From contig CDMY01000989.1 in NCBI GenBank assembly GCA_001179505.1, positions 62,001 through 126,000 of the forward strand: a stretch of 64,000 nucleotides of DNA, given 5' to 3'. The notes beneath the pieces are model-generated. The model was not told the origin of the DNA, did not search any database, and worked only from the letters and a program-made list of their open reading frames with translations. Origin of the DNA: Vitrella brassicaformis CCMP3155 (lineage: Eukaryota > Protista > Chromerida). Shown here one piece after another: positions 1 to 13,591 of this stretch. Position numbers and translations under genes: made by a program. Position 1 is the stretch's first letter, and each line of letters opens with the position of its first letter.

Positions 1-408
1 CAGACCGGCAGACAGCCGGCCACACCCGCAAGCACCCCACCCCACCCTTGTGACGAGCCCGTGTGTGGTTGTCTCTCTGTGTGTGTCTGGCTGCTCACCA
101 CTGCTGCTCGCACCAAACGCTGTAAAACCACGCACAGGAGCCGACCAAACACACTCCCAGCGGAAAAAAAGGCGTTTTCAAGCTAAGCTCGCATGCTAAG
201 CCCGCAGACTCAGAAGGCTGGAGTTCTCGCCAAGGGCCCAGCGAGCAGTCCGCAATTGATGCCCCTGTGCCTGCCTCTGTTGCTCATCCTGATTCTGTGT
301 CATCGGTGCTTCACTCTGTCATCTTGCTTCATCACGTGCACTATCACTGCTCGTCATCGACAGCACCTCCCATCTCATCGCGAGCGGCAAAGGAGCGCAA
401 GAGCATTC

Positions 409-2614
409 ATGACGGATCCAGCCGACAGCCACACCTGCACCCACACAAGCAGAACTGGCGAATGCGGAGCCGGGCCACCACTGGCCAAGCACGACGCCGA
501 GGCGCCCAGTGCACCAGATGGGCCGGGGGATGGGAGCGCTTCGCGTGGGCAGCCCCCGTTGGTGCGGCTGACCAAGTCTCAGAAGAAGGTGGAGGCGCGC
601 AAGAGGTACCGGATGAAGAAGCGTGCGAGGCAGAAGGAGACCAGGAGGGAGAAGCGCATCGAGCAGAGGGAGCAGAGGAAACAACTGCTCGAGGGCATGA
701 CCGAAGGTGAGTCATAAATGGGCACATGGGCAGCGGGGCAGCATGCAGACGTCAGATGGACACTGAAGGAATGACTGTCTTGTGTGTGCTGTGATGGTGC
801 CTGACATTGGTGTGTGTTATCGTGTGTCAGAGGAGCGGGCTGCCTTTCTGGAGGACGAGAAGCGCCAGAAAGAGGCACTCGAAAAGTCCTACGAGGTAGG
901 TAGGCCGCTCACCGACCGCCTAAGCAGATCCCTCAGCCGATGCAAGTGTGCCCGGTATTGTGTGATCAGGGTCACTTGGCCGCGGCGTACGAGAGCGGGA
1001 CGAAGGTGGTCTTCAACTGCAGCTTCATGGACCAAATGTCAGACAAGGTGGACTGATAGAGCATCACCGACGGCCGCACCGCCTGGAGCGGTTTCTCTGT
1101 GTCGCTGTCTGCCACGATCGATGGATGGTTCAGGAGAAGTCGAGTTTGGCCAAGCAGCTGTCGTACGCCTACAACGCCATGAAGACCAGCGACCCCCCTG
1201 TCAGGCTGCAGATGCATGTCACGTCTTTCGACAAGGGAGGGGAGCTCTGGCAACGGTCGGTAGGCAGGAGCAACACACGAAGCACTGACACAGCAGCCTG
1301 AAACATGGTGGTGACCGAATCCCCCTCTCTCGTTGCTTTGTCAGGATGCTGCACTTCGGTGCTGAAAAGTGGAAGGTGGGCAAACATGTCAGTCAACCGA
1401 TCGGTCGGTCGCACTGTGTGTGTGTGTCATATAGATGCACTATCACGAGGGTTCAGCGTGGGACGTCTTCTCCCTCGATGACATCGTTGTGCTCTCACCT
1501 GACGCTCAGGAGGTGAGGCGAGGCCGACACACCCACACCCACACCCACACACAACCAGCTACCCATCTGTCAAATCCATCCCTCCGTCTGTCTGTCTGTC
1601 TGTCAGGAGCTCGAGTGCGTGGACGAGTCCAAGGTGTACGTCATCGGCGGCCTCGTCGACCGAAGCATTGCAAAGGTGGGCGGCCCAGACACACCCATTT
1701 TCCTCACCCGCCTTTTGTGTAAGCTTTGTGTGGTTGGCTGGCTGGTCGTGCGTCTGCAGTATGAGTCGTGGAGTCAGGCGCAGCAGTACGGCCTCCCCTG
1801 CAGAAAACTGCCATTCACCGTACGTACGGACGGATGCACACACCGACTGACTGACTGACTAAGTGACGTGCACACACACTCATGACTCAATCGGTGCTGT
1901 TGTTGTGTGCCTGTCTGACTGGGTGCGGTGCGGTGCAGCGTTACATCAAGGAGAACCTGGGCACGGTCCTCAATGTTAACACCGTCGTGGAGGTCAGTCA
2001 GTCGACAACAAACATGCTACAGACAAGAACAATAGTCTCTCTCACTCCTTTCTCTCCCTCGATCGATGTGTGGTGCTGCTGCCACGCTCCAGGTGTTGAT
2101 ACGGTATCTGCAGACCAAGGATTGGGAACACGCTCTCACCGCATCCGTCCCACAGGTGCCTGCCTACGGCACACAGAGACCCACTCGCTCACTCACGGGG
2201 TCTGACCTGTCGTTTGTCTGTCTGTGTGTGGTGTGTGGTTGCAGCGCAAGCAGACCAACATCGGCAAGAAGGCCGTCAAGCTTCAAACCAAGAGGGAGAG
2301 GAAGTACGGGAGCGAAGCCTCACACATGCACACGCAGACCGACCAACGACACATAAGCCGATGTGTCGTTATGTCGGTGTGCCCGTCTGTATGTCAGAGA
2401 GTACTACGAGTCGCTGAGGCGTGCAGGCGTCGATGTGGATGACCCCCCAGGGAAGCGACCGCGCCTCCAACCCACAGGTGGCGACCTTGAAGACGATCAT
2501 CGCGAAGGGGACAGGACTGACTCGGATGAAGACGAAGACGACGAGCTGGACGAGGATGGCGACGAAGATATTCATGTCGATAACGGCGGCCAGAAAGGAT
2601 GCGAGTGTGGGTAA
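409..2614 (+). CDS. TRM10: tRNA (guanine(9)-N1)-methyltransferase, multi-exon
   Basis: Spliced exons give a basic K/R/E-rich N-terminus, then KVVFNCSFMDQMSDK, SSLAKQLSYAYNAM, DIVVLSPDAQE, ESKVYVIGGLVDRS, RKLP and VLNVNTVVE, matching the Trm10 SPOUT motifs (YxIGGLVD, VLxVN). The C-terminus is acidic. ATG 409, stop 2614. Confidence 0.92.
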
Positions 2615-3051
2615 GACAGGCTGTGGCTGGCCACCTGGGTCCGCGGCTGACTGGGTGGGTTTCCCTTTGGTGCTGCATGGGTGTACATATGTGAGTGTGT
2701 GTCGTGTCTGTGAGGACCTATTGTATGTTCTCGCTGCAAGACTTCATTTGGTGGCATAAATTCATCGATGAGAGGTCACAGGACTTATTTGTCAAAGGAG
2801 TGCCCCTAAAGCACCTTACACATACATACATACATACATACGAGGACGGAGAAGGGCAAAGTGGCGTCATACTGCGGAAGAGAGGAGGGGGAAGAAAAGA
2901 CAAGTTTACGGCCAGAATCTGCCTTTTTGCCCAATTGTTTCTGCCACCACCAAAGCCCCGAATTTTCGCGAGTTCTGGCAAAATCTCTCTCCCGAGAAGG
3001 AGACCTCTTAGTCGCCGATTGAGCACATCGTCTGCGATTTGCTGAGCCGCG

Positions 3052-6000
3052 ATGATGATGACGCCTTGTTTCGGCATCATCATGGTGGTCGGCCTGGCCG
3101 CCATTGTGGCAGCCCAGCGCAACTCTGACCGACGTAAGTAGAGGGGGGACACACAGGCGCCGAACCGCCATCCATATGCGTGAGTTTGGTCCTCTTTTGT
3201 GCATATGGATGGCCGCATGACTGATGTGTGCCCACAGAGATGTCGGTGGGCGAGGGGAGCTATGGCCCCGACTGCGAGGAGGGGAAGGACTGCAGCGCTG
3301 ACGTGAATGGTCCATGGGGTGGTGAGATCTATCACGAATGGAAATGATCCATGCATGGCATGTTTCTCTGACTTCCTCTGTATGTGCAGGTGCGTCGTTT
3401 CTCGGCACTCAGGAGATCCAGGCCAGAAACAACACCAAGAAGCACGGTGCGGCCATCTGTGCGGGCAGGAGGAAGGGGCGGTGCCAAAAAATGTGAAAAC
3501 ATCCAGATCTATCCCTGTTTGTGTGTGCAGGTGTGATGTTGAGTGCTGGTGAGCTGTCGATGCTGCAGCAGAAGATTCAGACCGGCAAGGCCATGTTGCA
3601 TTCGGCCATGAAACTCAAGGCCGAAGCCAACAGACTTGCCGGTTCCGCGATCGAGGCCATCGACAACGTCGTAGCGCATCCCATCACCAGCACGGGTGCG
3701 TATGAGTGGACGTCGACCGATCCATCCATCCATCTATCCCTTTTGTTTGGGTGGATGTACATATCTGACAGGTGCAGCGTACAGCGGCACATACGCAACA
3801 GCTGTCAGGGCCAGCCAGCCAGAGAAGGGTACGTGTCGCAGATGGGTGAAATGTTCCCCTCCCTCATGGTTGGTATTCCTTCTTTCCTTCGTATTTGCTG
3901 CAGATGAGTGTGAGGAGGACAAGGACTGCGGTGAGAACAAGTACTGCTTTGAGCCTATTCAACGAGCCGAAGGAGACTCGTCATACAAACGTCGCTGCAA
4001 GGCAAGCGGCAACCACCCTCCTCTCCGTTCATCCCTCCACTCACGCACACAGTTCTGTCTGTCATCGGATGTCTGTGCTTTGCTGCAGAGGGCAGGCGAC
4101 GAGGATGACCGCTGCTATGCCGGCTTCTTCAAGGACCCCAAGAAGTGCAAGTTTGGACTGTATTGCGCTGAGTATGTCTTCGACAAAGACCGTTGCACGT
4201 AGGTGAAGAGCACAACCAATGGCGGCCACCCTCTGTGCACTTATACATACACGAATGGACAGGAAGATCAAGGGATTCATCAGGTTAGAGAGGCTTTGCT
4301 GAGCCGCAGGGGTAATCTTGGACATCCACCCACCGCTTGTGTTGCACTTGTCTTGAATCCCGGGGCAGACTCGAGGGGCCGAGGGTCAAAGCCGTCGATA
4401 GCAGCCATCCTGCTTACAACAGTCAGCCAAAACACGCGACACTGACCCGTACGTATCTGTGCGCGCGTCCGCCGTGCAGGCGAATGCTGGAGGGCGTATG
4501 GCGGCAGAACCCTGGAGAAGCTGTGTCCGGAGGGCATGATGTGCGCCATCACCCGCGACAGAGGCTTCAACGATATGAAGCTGAAGCGGGCAGGCATCTT
4601 CTGGGCGCTGGAAGGCAACTGCGTCCCCTTCGCCGAGCGGGCCGAGCACTGCGAGCACGTCAAGTGCACGGACCTGCTGAACTCGAACTACCAAGTGGAC
4701 GGTGAGTGCGTGTGACGTCGTGAGCTGGGAGGTGGAGATGGCTCGTGTGTCTCTACAGATTACACCTGCACCAACTGGGATGCGGGAGAGAGCCCCTTCC
4801 ATCACTGCAAGAGCAACAAGCCATACACAGAGTCGGGTACGCATGAGATCCCTCCCTTCATCCCTCCCTCGCTCCATCATGTCGAAGGGGCTTATGGACA
4901 TGTTTGTTCCCTGCCTTGCTCGAATTTCCGATCGAATGGATGCTCTGATGCGGCTGATGCAGTTTGCCCTGCTCCTACGACGCGTCTCACCCCCAAGAAC
5001 CAGGCCGGCAAGAGCCAGGGTCCGTGACTGAGCACATGCGTGGGCTCAGTAGATGCATACATATGCATGGCGTCTGTGTGTCTGTCTGTCTGTGTGTCGA
5101 AACATTTCTTTGTCTGCAGGCCAATGTCAGGTGAAGGTCGAGTTTGGTAGTAGATACTACGTCGAGTGCGCTGCTGGCCTGGTGTGCGTCATCAACCAAG
5201 AACAAGACAGCCGCTTCGCCGACTACAGCATTGGCCAGTGCTTCGACCCGGCCGACGTCGCGTCGCAGTGCCGCAAGAGGGAGGACTACGACCCCAAGAA
5301 GGAGGGTCAGCCGGCCGCCGTAGCAGGTGTGTACGCGGACAACAGATTCAGTCATGCGACTGACGCGTGTCTTTTGCTGCTGTTATCCACTAACAGAGTA
5401 TCGGACCTTTCAGACAAAGAAGTGCGAGTATCTCTGGGTGCACCAGAGTGGTCGTCACCTCAAAAAGCCATTCACCTTTTGCGCCGGTTCGCCTGCAATG
5501 TGCCCCCTAGTCGAATGACACACACACACACACACACACGCGCGCGTGGCGTGCCTTTCTCCGTTGTGCAGGCAAGGAAATCTCAAAGACACGCCAGGCC
5601 TACAGACGTATGCATGTTGCGTCTCCGCCTATACATACAAAACACGCATGCACGACATTTCTGCCTGCCTGCCTGCCTGGTGGATTCATTGACACCTTTG
5701 CATACGCAGCTTCCAGCTGTGATAGCTTTGACAAGAAGGCCTTCAAGTTCGCTCCGGACGACCTCAAGGACCGGTAGGCGTCAAGACGAGCTGCACGATG
5801 GAAGCTTCATTCACAGCCAGCGCCTTCCTTGGTTGTAATGCATGGATGCAGCTACTGCACGGGAGCAGACGACGACGAGAATAAGCCGTGCGGCCCGAAG
5901 CGCTCTGGCTGCAAATGCAACTCCTATGGAACAGACTGTTCGGTAGGTGGCGCGCTTCCGTGTGTATATATGGGGGTGTCACGGTGCATATATTGTGGCC

Positions 6001-6141
6001 TGTCCGTCTGTGTGTGTGGATGACTGCATTCAATGAGTGCAGAGCAGCCACGGCCGCAGCCGGTACGACGGGGGAGACAGTGGCGACGAATCCGGTCCCT
6101 GGGGCGACCCCAACGACCCCTCCAACATCTACTGGGACTGA
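3052..6141 (+). CDS. Secreted cysteine-rich protein of unknown function, multi-exon
   Basis: Signal-peptide-like start MMMTPCFGIIMVVGLAAIVAAQ. Later exons carry repeated Cys modules: DCEEGKDC, ECEEDKDCGENKYC, RCYAG..KCKFGLYC, ECW..LCPEGMMC, QCQ..ECAAGLVC, PCGPKRSGCKC. It ends PSNIYWD* at 6141. Not every exon junction was resolved. Confidence 0.7.
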
Positions 6142-6919
6142 TGAGGTTCCATCCACCAGACACACACAGACACACACACACACACACTAATTCTAATTGG
6201 TAGCCCCTAGCCAACACACGCGCACCTGACTCGCTGCATGTTAAGCAACCAATCACACACACGCGGGGATACATACGACCTATGCCTAGACTTGCCTTGT
6301 GAATGGTCTGCTTACATATGATTTGCTCTATGTGGCGCCTGCCGGTGTATGTATGTGTGAGTGTGTGTGTGTGTCTGGCTGCTGGCATTGGGGCCTGTCT
6401 CGCGTGTGTTTTGCCGTCCTGTTAGCCAATCAGTGGCGTGCATGGGCGTGGCTGCATATTTCGTTGACAAGAGAGGGACACGGCACGACACCCACCCACT
6501 CGCCCACACCAGGACACTCTCTGCCTCTCTCCCATGCCCACGTCTGCCCGCTCGTTTGTCTGTCTGTCTGCCTGTGTGATTGATTGAGTTTAATACGTGA
6601 GGGACACACACCTACGGACGAACAGACGGACGAATGGCTCTCAACTTACTGATCGATATGTCTGTGTGTATGTCCCCACACACATATCCACCCATCCACA
6701 CGTGTGTATCGATCGAAAACCACCGAATCCATGGGGAGCTCTGATGAATGAGTGCACTGGGCTTCATGGACCGAAAGGACATGGGCATGACCGTAGGTAG
6801 GATTCTTCATGGACATCTCGGTCCATGAAGAATCCTACGTTCATGCCCATGTCCTTTCGGACCCAGATGTCCCGCACACCATGGCAGGCAGGCCACAGAC
6901 AGACAGCCTCATCAATCAA

Positions 6920-9211
6920 TCACGAAGCGTCGACACGGCGGACTCTCGTCACCGAGGCCTCCATCGCGGCACACTTGATCCTTCCCACACACACCATACA
7001 CAACACACTCAGTTCGGTTCATCCATCTATCCAATTTGCACTCACTTGTAGGTGACTTCGAATGCGTCGATGACTGTGCAGTAACTCTCAGAGTCGATCT
7101 GTAGAAAAGGCACGCCAGACGGGGGAGGCACCGTGCATGTCAAGAATGCATGACCAAAAGTGCATGCGGCTGACCGTTTCCCTCTGCTGCATGGCGTTCC
7201 GAGGGTCATTGCCCAACGACTCGATGACCGTCGACACGAACTCATCGACACTTGAGAAGTAGATAAACGGCGCACGGCCACCTGACGCACACACATACAT
7301 ACACACAGATGAGCACACCTGTGTGTGTGTGTGTGTGTGTGTGCGCGTGTGTGCAGTCCTCTCTCTCTCTCCCTTCGTGTCAATCTGACCTAGTGTCGAT
7401 GTGGGTTGCGCCATGAAGGCGCCCTCCACTCGCTGGCGGATGGCCTCGAGCGGCTCACTTTCATCATCGAGTGTGTGGTCTCGTGCCGCACCGGCACAGG
7501 CCGCCACAGCCCACCACAGCTGACGCAGCGCATCGGTTGTGAAGGACACCTAACCAATGGACAGAATAGATGGCATTGAGTATTTATTGGTCTGGCGTTT
7601 GCAGTGGTTGTCTTGGTCACCTTAAGGTGTGCGTGCGATTGCATGGGCGTCATGAGCCACTGTGGACAGCCGACGGATACGCCGGGCAGGGCGTCGAGCG
7701 GATGATACGGCTGCAATGGGTGTCAACACACAAACATGGCACGGCACACGTGTGTGTGAGTGCATGTGTTTGTCTGTGAGTGTGAGACCTTGATGTCGAT
7801 GACGGGCGTCTTGTCGACTAAGTCAATGCCGCTCACATACACACACCGACCCTACACAGTCACACACACACAACACGCAAAAACACTTGGTGCAGCCATG
7901 CCTGGCCTTCTGTTGCGTACCGCCACTCGCTCAATCTTAGCGGCAGACAAACCGATGGGCGACGGCCTGGCACAATCACACACACACACACACACAGACG
8001 CACACACAAATGCAGAGAGATCGACCGACACATGAGGTCTATCTGCCTGCCTGCGTGCCTGCCTGTGCGGCGATCTCGTGGCGAAGACGCCCACTTTGGT
8101 GCCGAGCAGCTTTGGCGGCCGCACCTTTGGCTTCATGACGGCATTGCCGTCGGCATCAAGGGCCATGTGGAAGAGGAAAATGATCCACAGGTGGGAGAAG
8201 CTGTCGAGGCCATCCAAATACGCCTGACGGCAAAGTGGACCACAGATGGATGGATGAGTCTATCCTCGGCGTGTGTGTGCATGTGTTGACCTCAGTGTAT
8301 TGTTGGTCGAATACGATGACCCCGTGAGACGCCGGACAGAGGATGCCCTGCCGAGGCGCGCCGTACTTCTCGCCGTAACAACTCCGACACACACCTATCA
8401 CCTGCACACATGGCACACACACACATCACACAATCACGCATCCATCTGCTGTTGGTCTCTCCGGTCACCTTCAGGTTGACTGTGTGTGCGTCGTTCTCAC
8501 TCCAGCACCTTGACGATGAGGGCGCTTCCACCACTGCAGTGTCATCGCCACCATGTGCCTCCTGCCCCCTGTCGTCACCGGTCGGCGCCTCTTGCAGGCC
8601 TGCCGGCAGCGAGAAGTTGATGTGGCCCTTCGGACGTGCATCGGCCGTGATATGGCAGCCACCGTACTCGAGATGCCACTCATTCAATCGCTCAGCCACG
8701 GCCTGAAGGCGTGCAGACAGCCAAGACGATCAATGACGTGTATGCCGTTTGAAATGGGTTCCGTTGCTGCTTCCTCTCCTCTCACCTTGGCCCATGACTC
8801 AGCGTCAATGTCCGTGTCAACGCCATCAATAGTGGATGACGGCTCCTGGTCACTCTCAAGATCGCCGTCATCATCACACTGCTGCTGCTGTTGTCTGACA
8901 GCTCGGCGTCGTAATATGCACGACCTGGCTGCCTGAAGAACAACATCATCACAAGACGCACACATGGAAGTTGTTCTGCTGTGACGGCATCCCTCTCTCT
9001 GCTGATGAATGACCTGAGCTATGGCGCCGGTGCAGAGGCTGCCATACCGGGGCTGCGAAGTGAAGGAAGATCCACACAGAGATCTGTTCATCATCTGTGT
9101 GAATGCCATTTGTGTGTGAGTGCTCGTGCCTACGTTCTTGGGCGGAGCGATGATGAAAGTCGGCAGCTCGGCATCCGCCGGAATGGTCGCACCCGGTCCC
9201 TGCGTGATCAT
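6920..9211 (-). CDS. TRMO: tRNA (adenine(37)-N6)-methyltransferase TrmO/TsaA(YaeB) family, multi-exon
   Basis: Exons encode IGVCRSCYGEKYGAPRQGILCP, GLDSFSHLWIIFLFH, KPKVRPPKLLGTKVGVFATRSPHRPSPIGLS, GIDLVDKTPVIDIK and PYHPLD, plus a C-terminal LGNDPR. These are the TsaA-like domain motifs. The 5' start is approximate. Confidence 0.88.
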
Positions 9212-9631
9212 CAGTCACATCAGTTGTTCCGCATAGTCAATGAGTCATTCTTTGCTATCTCTCTCTCTCTCTTGCCTGCTGTGCGTCCGCGAATGCAGCC
9301 CCAGCCAGGCGCGAGAGGTAGGCCTGCAGGCTCTCACACGCTGACGCCGATGGCCGCTCACACTCCGCCATGGTGATCTGATCTTCGCTGCAGATGAATG
9401 GAGGCTGCTAGAATGGGGATGAGGTAATGAAGCCTTCCCAAATCCTGCTTTGAAAGGTGTATTCCTGTTGGATCCCACGGTGTTCCTGCGGCGAGATCTG
9501 CAGTCGATCCCTTCCCTCTTCAGAGATCTGCCGCTTCTCATTCATCAGGGAGGGCTGCAGGGCGCTGGGAAGGCAAGAGCGTTCGTGGGACGGTATTTGG
9601 CTGACAGATCCTTGCATAGCAACACCACCTC

Positions 9632-10788
9632 ATGAGCGGACAGGTGGGCAGCGTGGGAGGGAATGACAAGGCCTCCCGTGTCGTTATTGCGCTGCATTCC
9701 TTCCACTGCTGCTTGTCCATGCATCAGGGTGAAGAGCTGTATATGGTGCTCGGCGTCGGAAAGGACGCGACGACGGCGAGCATCAAGAAGGCCTACAATG
9801 AGCAGGCACTCGTCTGGCATCCCGACAAGCACACGCACCCGGCCATGAAGCAGAAGGTGCGTGAGAGTGGCTTTGTCGTGGATACGGGTCGATAGCTGCG
9901 CCACGTCTGTATGCATTCCATCTGTGGGTGTGTTTGTTCGTCAGGCCACCGAGATGTTCAAGCTGGTCCAGGAGGCCTATGAGGTGCTGACCAACCCGAT
10001 TAAGCGACGCATGTACGACAACGGAGGGTACACACCCCAACGCGGTGACAGTGCGGCTGGCGGTGATAGCGGTCGTGCTGACGGATGGAGCGAGCAGACC
10101 AGTCGAGCCCTTCAGGAAATCAGAGAGCTGAGCAAGGCCAACATGAGAACGAGGAACACGGTCGCTGAGCTGTACAAACGGAGTGTGGTGGTGGGTCAGA
10201 CAGTGGCGATTGGGTACGGCGCATCGCCGCTGGACCCGCCAATTCTCAAGCTCGTCGAAAAGCTGGTGCCGGCGAAGACGATCTTCGACCAGGTGTGTCT
10301 CTTGCGTGAATATCCATGTCATGAGCGCACACACGATCTGTTCTGCTATGTCTGTTTGAATGCGTGTGTGCAGCACAAGGTGTTGGACAACATGATTCGC
10401 ATCGAAGGTCCCCCCCTGCTCATGAACAATCTCAACTTCAGCGTCAACAATTACAATGACCTCGAGCGGCTCAATGACGAAATGCCGAAAACAGCAGAGG
10501 TGACTGGCTGAAGGACTTCTGCAGACGAACTCTGTGTGTGCATGCATGCAGAACTTCAAGTTCATGCCTTCTGCCCCAACGGTCGCCATTCTCGAGCAGT
10601 TCAAGGAGAACCTTGTGCGCATCGGGCAGCAGATGAAGCAGGTCGAGACCACGCTCTACAGCAAAAACATCAGCGGAGACAGGAAAGTGGTCATGGACAA
10701 GTACACCGAGCTGCAGAAGGTGCAGAAGCAGCTGATATCCATGCTCAAGGTGAAAGACATTGAGATCGAGGTCGCCAATACCTCGTAG
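9632..10788 (+). CDS. DnaJ (J-domain) protein with coiled-coil C-terminus
   Basis: LYMVLGVGKDATTASIKKAYNEQALVWHPDKH...ATEMFKLVQEAYEVLTNPIKRRMYD is a J domain with the HPD motif. The start codon is uncertain and may lie further upstream. Confidence 0.82.
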
Positions 10789-11240
10789 TAACACCTCGTA
10801 GTCATCAATGCAAACGTGCATTTGCCTGCCAGCCACTCACTTTTGCGCCATTTTTATCTGAGTGCGTCACCGTCCGTCCTCGTGTTTGTCTGTTTGTCGG
10901 CTGGTTGGTTTTTCTCTCTCTTCTTTTTCCTCGTCAGAGTGCCTTTGAGAGAAAAACGAGAGAGAGAGAAATGGCGCGACGCCTTAGTCTAGCCGCCTAA
11001 GTCAGGTCCTCCAGATATTCTCTGCGTCATGTTCACTGATGGCGTGCGTGTGACGTACGTGTGTGAGGGACAGTGTGCTGCCTTTTTGCAGGCACGAAAG
11101 ATGCAATGGAATGAACCTTTATGCAGCCCCCCTCAGTCGAGCTGTCTCTTCCCACCACACGATGCATCCGTCCACATCACCCAGCCACCCCATCCCACAC
11201 CAACCACAAAGCCCACTCAATCAGTCGGTCAGCCGTGCCG

Positions 11241-12681
11241 TCATGGTCCCATCCCCACCGGCACCACGGGCCTGATGGCTCTCGACACGTAAGGCAGGCT
11301 CCACAGCGGCTCAGGCAGGGCGTCATCCAGCACAAAGCCGCCCGCCTCCGTGCGCTGCAGCTCGGTCAGGTGCGCCTCAGTGCCGCATGACCTCGCTATG
11401 TCCTCACACAAGGTGCGGATGTAGGTGCCGCCGGAACACGTCACCTCAAACTCGAAATACGGCAGCTGACGGGCAAAAAAACGCCACACATGGATGGATG
11501 GATGGATGGATGAGAGGGTCGTGGCGATCGGTTACCTGCGACGTGTCTGTGAGTTGGAGGTGTTTAATGGTGACTTGGACGGGATCTCGGTAGACGGCCT
11601 CGCCACGCCGGGCCAACTCATACATCCGAGTGCCATTCACCTTCTTGGCTGCTCACCCAACACACCACACAGATCCATGTGTTGACCACTTGATTGCGTC
11701 GTGTGTGTCGTGCGTGTTGTGTGGATGTACCTACCGGAGAACATGGGCGGTGTCTGGAGTTGGGGACCTTCGAATCGTTTCATGGCCGCCCGGAGGTCAT
11801 CGGCAGTGACGCTCTCCCAATCAGACCGGCTCACCACCTCACCCTGCAGGCCACGCAGCCATAAGTGGGCAAGTGTGGGTGTGTTGGTGATGTGTCGGTG
11901 GGTACGTCTGAGTCGAGAGTGTCGGTGGCTATGCCCAGCAACCCAACAGCACGGTACGACTTGTCGCCTGCACACCACAACACATGACACACATGAATGC
12001 ATCCACCCACACATATACATATGTCTGGCTGACAGCTGGTGTGGCTGGATACCTTGTAGGAATGTTTGCATGTGTTTGGTGGCCTCGCCCACCCCCAGCA
12101 CCACCACCCCAGTGGCAAACGGATCCAACGTGCCCCCGTGACCAACCTTCACATCATAGCGATCGGGAGACCTGACACACACACACACACACACACAGCA
12201 CATGGCTCACACTCACGGCATAGACGGCCGTCCGCCCCTCACCTACCTACCGCGTCTTTCTTCGTTCAGCCCTGAGGTCGTTAGGGTGTATTCGGATGCG
12301 CGCCTCCCCCTCCCTGTCGGCCTCCTTCAGCCCCCGGCTGATCGACCCACGGACCTTGTTGACCACATCCATACACGTGAACCCCCGCGGCTTGTCCGCA
12401 GCCAGCACTCCACACACACGCCTGTACGATGACGAAGACGGCGCCGGTTGAGACCGCCGGCCTCTCTCCCTCCCCCTCTCCCTCTCCCTTGTGCGTCGGT
12501 AGGGCAGCCGTGAGTCACTGTCGTCATCACGGTAGTAGTGGTTGGCAGACGGAACGGATGTTTCGAGTGGGGGCAGTGCGATGGCTGACGGGGAAGACTG
12601 CATCATCGGTGAGATCGTTGACTGGCTGGAAGGGCGGTGGAAGGAAGAGCGCCGGATGAGAGGCTTTGTGGGGAAAAGCAT
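11241..12681 (-). CDS. truB: tRNA pseudouridine(55) synthase TruB family, possibly organelle-targeted
   Basis: GVLAADKPRGFTCMDVV, KVGHGGTLDPFATGVVVLGVGEAT (catalytic Asp motif), KSYRAVGLLGIATDTLD, QTPPMFS, YELARRG and FEVTCSGGTYIRTLCEDI..AHLTELQRT. There is a Ser/Arg-rich N-terminal extension. Confidence 0.94.
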
Positions 12682-12967
12682 GGCTGCGTGACAGACACAC
12701 ATACACAGGCATGCAGGGAGACAAAGCAGAGTCTGATTCATGCATGCACCGTGCCTATGCTGTCGTGTGTGTACCTCCTGTGAGTCCCTCGGCATCTCCT
12801 CTGTGCACAGATCTCCCCGTAGGCGAATTCCCCCGATGAGCAGATGAGTGCGAGGCGACAAACATCCATCGCAGTGCTCGCTGGCAGTTCACCATTGTGC
12901 AGATGCGACCGAGGAATACACAGAGCACAAAACGCCGAAACGAACGATCCGACAAATGCGAGCTTAG

Positions 12968-13591
12968 ATGCGAAGATCTGTCGGGATCAGACCCGACCAA
13001 ACGGGCGTCTTGAGCGTGTCATCAAAGGTTGTGTGGGTCGACAAGGAGCGCATCGCCTCGCCAAGGGAGTACAGGACTCTCATCTCTGCCTCCCGGCAGC
13101 CAGCAGCCTGTCAGAGAAGAGCAGCACCTTTCTGGTGGGACGTCTACAGACGTGATTGGCCTGGGCAGTGTTACCGTCAGTTCGACGAAGCCCCTGATGG
13201 CGCCAAGCTCACGCTTCAATACCCGACTGGTGAGGAGGAAAAGTGGGGAGGACCGGAGGAGTCAGTCGAGGCAGGGGGGAAGGAATGAGTGCCGCTTCTT
13301 TCTTTCTTGTATGCCATCCCTTTGTCATCAGACATGATCCAGAAGACCCTCATCACACAGGAGAACCCAGGTGTGGACACATTGGTGTTCGGCGTTGGTG
13401 TTGGGACTTTTCTAGCGGGCATGTCAATCATGGCGTATACCGTGTGTGCGGGTGTCGCGGCGCTGACACGCAGACAACCGCATCACACTCAGGTGAATGA
13501 ATGAAGGAATGAATGGGCGGGGGTACACACACGAGGCCCACGCGTCACTGTCTGTGTCGGTGCTTTGCTGTCTGTGTAGGCCCCGCAGTGA
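12968..13591 (+). CDS. Small hypothetical protein with one C-terminal transmembrane segment
   Basis: Three phase-consistent exons (..KLTLQYPT / DMIQKT..PHHTQ / APQ*). Hydrophobic stretch TLVFGVGVGTFLAGMSIMAYTVCAGVAAL. Head-to-head with truB. Confidence 0.5.

Noticed and set aside
5500-7350. His/Thr-repeat (HTHTHT) and Val/Cys-repeat (VCVCVC) peptides in many predicted ORFs across the window
   Set aside because: They are translations of intronic (CA)n/(GT)n microsatellites, not real protein.
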